A stretch of DNA of 34,107 nt from an uncultured Gemmatimonadota bacterium (GTDB lineage: Bacteria; GCA-2686955), in the NCBI GenBank assembly GCA_964490075.1, contig CAZBBK010000064.1:1-34107 (forward strand), given 5' to 3'. The notes beneath the pieces are model-generated. The model ran no database searches. It was given only the letters and a program-made list of their open reading frames with translations, and was not told the DNA's origin. How positions within the stretch are numbered: the stretch's first letter is position 1; every line of letters starts with the position of its first letter. This document shows, piece by piece, positions 32,547-34,107 of the stretch. The translations under genes were made by a program, and so were the position numbers.

Positions 32547-33596
32547 CTATGGGTCAAGGTCTCTGGCGAGCACGATGCGGTCTCGGCCTCTGGTCTTGGC
32601 CGAGTAAAGCGCTCGATCCGCCAGCTCCAGCAGGTCCTTCTTCGTCGTTGCGTCGTCGGGAAGGCTGGCGATGCCGGCGCTCAGGGTCAATGAGACGGCC
32701 TGATCGCCGGCGAGAAACTCGCTCTCGGTCATTCGTTGTCTGATGCGTTCACCGAGCACCGAGGCCTGGTTCGCGTGCGCCCCAGGGGAGATGATCGCGA
32801 ACTCCTCGCCACCGTAACGCGCAACGAAGTCGTACTTGCGGCAGGTTTTCCTCAACAGGTCGGCGACCTGCTTGAGGGCGACGTCTCCGGCCGGATGGCC
32901 GAAGCGGTCGTTGAACTCCTTGAAACGATCGAGATCGAGTATCAGCAGCGAGACCTTGTGTCCGAATCTCCTTGCCCGGGCTACCTCGGAGTCCACCAAC
33001 TGGTGGAAAAACCGGTGGTTGTAGAGCTCCGTGAGGCCGTCCAGGCGCGAAAGACGTTTGTAGTAGTCCTTTTCCCTTGCCGCTCTGATCAGACGCCGGC
33101 GCTCCAGAACCTTGGAGACGACGACCTGCAGATGGGTATTGGAAAACGGTTTGGTGACGAAGTCGGCCGCGCCGAGCCGCATCGACTCGACCGCCACTTC
33201 GATGGTTGCGAATCCGGTGACGACCACGACGTCGGCATCCGGAGAAAGCTGCAGAATGTTCTTGAGAACGTCGAGGCCGTTGATGCCGGGCATCACCAGG
33301 TCGACGAAGTTGACGTCGAAGGCGATCTCGCGGACCAGCTCCAACGCCTCTTCGCCGGCGGCCGCGGTGGTCACCTCGTGACCGTCGATTCGGAGTGCCT
33401 CGGCCATCATCTCGCGCACCGACTCGTCGTCGTCCACGACCAGCACGCGGGCACGCGAGCTCCGTCCCTTGGGCTCTGCATGAGCCACGTTGCGCTCGTC
33501 GCTCGGAGCCGGCACCGAAGGGGGAGGCGCGGGCGCCATCCGGCCCGCGGAGGGATCGGCGTCGAGGGGCGAAGCTGAGGCGTGAAGATCGTTCAT
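32547..33596 (-). CDS. response-regulator diguanylate cyclase (REC-GGDEF)
   Basis: REC: VLVVDDD, phospho-acceptor D in FVDLVMPG, VTG, KPF. DGC: DGLT-LYN, DLDRFK-FND-FGH-AGD, I-site RKYD, active site GGEEF, AD-ALY-AK-GR. Start placed at ATG 33596 (uncertain). Confidence 0.95.
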   Translation of the reverse strand: MNDLHASASPLDADPSAGRMAPAPPPSVPAPSDERNVAHAEPKGRSSRARVLVVDDDESVREMMAEALRIDGHEVTTAAAGEEALELVREIAFDVNFVDLVMPGINGLDVLKNILQLSPDADVVVVTGFATIEVAVESMRLGAADFVTKPFSNTHLQVVVSKVLERRRLIRAAREKDYYKRLSRLDGLTELYNHRFFHQLVDSEVARARRFGHKVSLLILDLDRFKEFNDRFGHPAGDVALKQVADLLRKTCRKYDFVARYGGEEFAIISPGAHANQASVLGERIRQRMTESEFLAGDQAVSLTLSAGIASLPDDATTKKDLLELADRALYSAKTRGRDRIVLARDLDP

Positions 33597-33742
33597 GAGA
33601 TGGAGCGGCGTCGCATCGGGGCCGGCGCGGCCACGCCCCTTCGCGAAAAAACGGGCTACCGATGCGCCCGAACGCGAGCCCGTCCCCCGGGGGCCGATCG
33701 AGCCGGCGGCTCGGGTCGGGCAGGCCCGGGGCGGACCCGGGC

Positions 33743-33772
33743 AGTATACGTAGTGCGCCCCTGCGGCTTCAA
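33743..33772 (-). promoter_or_regulatory. candidate sigma-70 promoter of the diguanylate cyclase / regulator pair
   Basis: Minus strand TTGAAG (33772-33767), 18-nt spacer, TATACT (33748-33743). Confidence 0.55.
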
Positions 33773-34043
33773 TGGCGCAGGTGGGCACCTGGCGTTTCGA
33801 TATAGCGCGGCAGGCGAAGCGCCCTGCCGTCTCATTGACGAGGAGTCTGCCAGCTCTGCGCGCGATCGAGTGGCCCCCGGGCGGTGGTAACCGGGGACTT
33901 CGGCCGCGGAGATGGGTGTTGCGACCGAGATTTGGCCGCAACGCGTGACCGCGGCGGCGGAGATCGGGGGAACGACCGCTCATCGACCTCGGCTCGCGGC
34001 TTTGGTCGCGCTGGCGCGACGCGGCTCCGTTCCGGGCCCCTGA

Positions 34044-34107
34044 TCAGGAACGGCCGAGGGCGACGGCTACGGCCCGATCGGCCGGCTCCCCGTTCTCCTC
34101 GACCACC
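34044..34107 (-). CDS. possible 3' end of a gene entering from beyond the window
   Basis: A minus frame reads VVEENGEPADRAVAVALGRS then TGA, with GC-ending codons. Too short to identify. Confidence 0.35.
   Translation of the reverse strand, partial: VVEENGEPADRAVAVALGRS

Overview
GC-rich (roughly 70% by eye) chromosomal window from a diderm bacterium, with no rRNA, tRNA, CRISPR array or mobile element visible. Left to right on the + strand: the 3' end of a type-2 ileS, a secreted purple acid phosphatase with a degenerate CFI-box-CTERM-like tail, a 698-aa uncharacterised multidomain protein ending in an EVE/PUA-like domain, and a 10-gene translationally coupled group-3-type Mrp/Mnh cation/H+ antiporter operon with three NuoL/M/N-like subunits. 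Next is a small glycosylation locus: a HAD hydrolase and two GT4 glycosyltransferases (-), divergent from a coiled-coil orphan and a UPF0104 flippase-like gene (+). It is followed by a G-rich 16-bp tandem repeat and a very acidic 112-aa protein behind a sigma-54-type promoter. The rest is on the - strand: a CehA/McbA-like metallohydrolase, a coupled five-gene envelope operon (large periplasmic TPR protein, short apparently plug-less TonB-dependent-receptor-like barrel, ExbB, ExbD, TonB), a 56-aa membrane peptide, a lipoprotein, a WecA/MraY-family transferase with an altered His motif, a 976-aa wHTH-TPR-GAF-Fis-HTH regulator with no sigma-54 AAA+ domain, and a REC-GGEEF diguanylate cyclase. The best candidates for undescribed biology are (1) the TPR/barrel/ExbBD/TonB machine, (2) the ATPase-less enhancer-binding-like regulator next to twin TGTC-N10-GAC(A/C) sites and a sigma-54 promoter, (3) the sigma-54-linked acidic small protein and (4) the EVE-like multidomain protein. 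All family calls come from motif recognition by eye; no database search was run.
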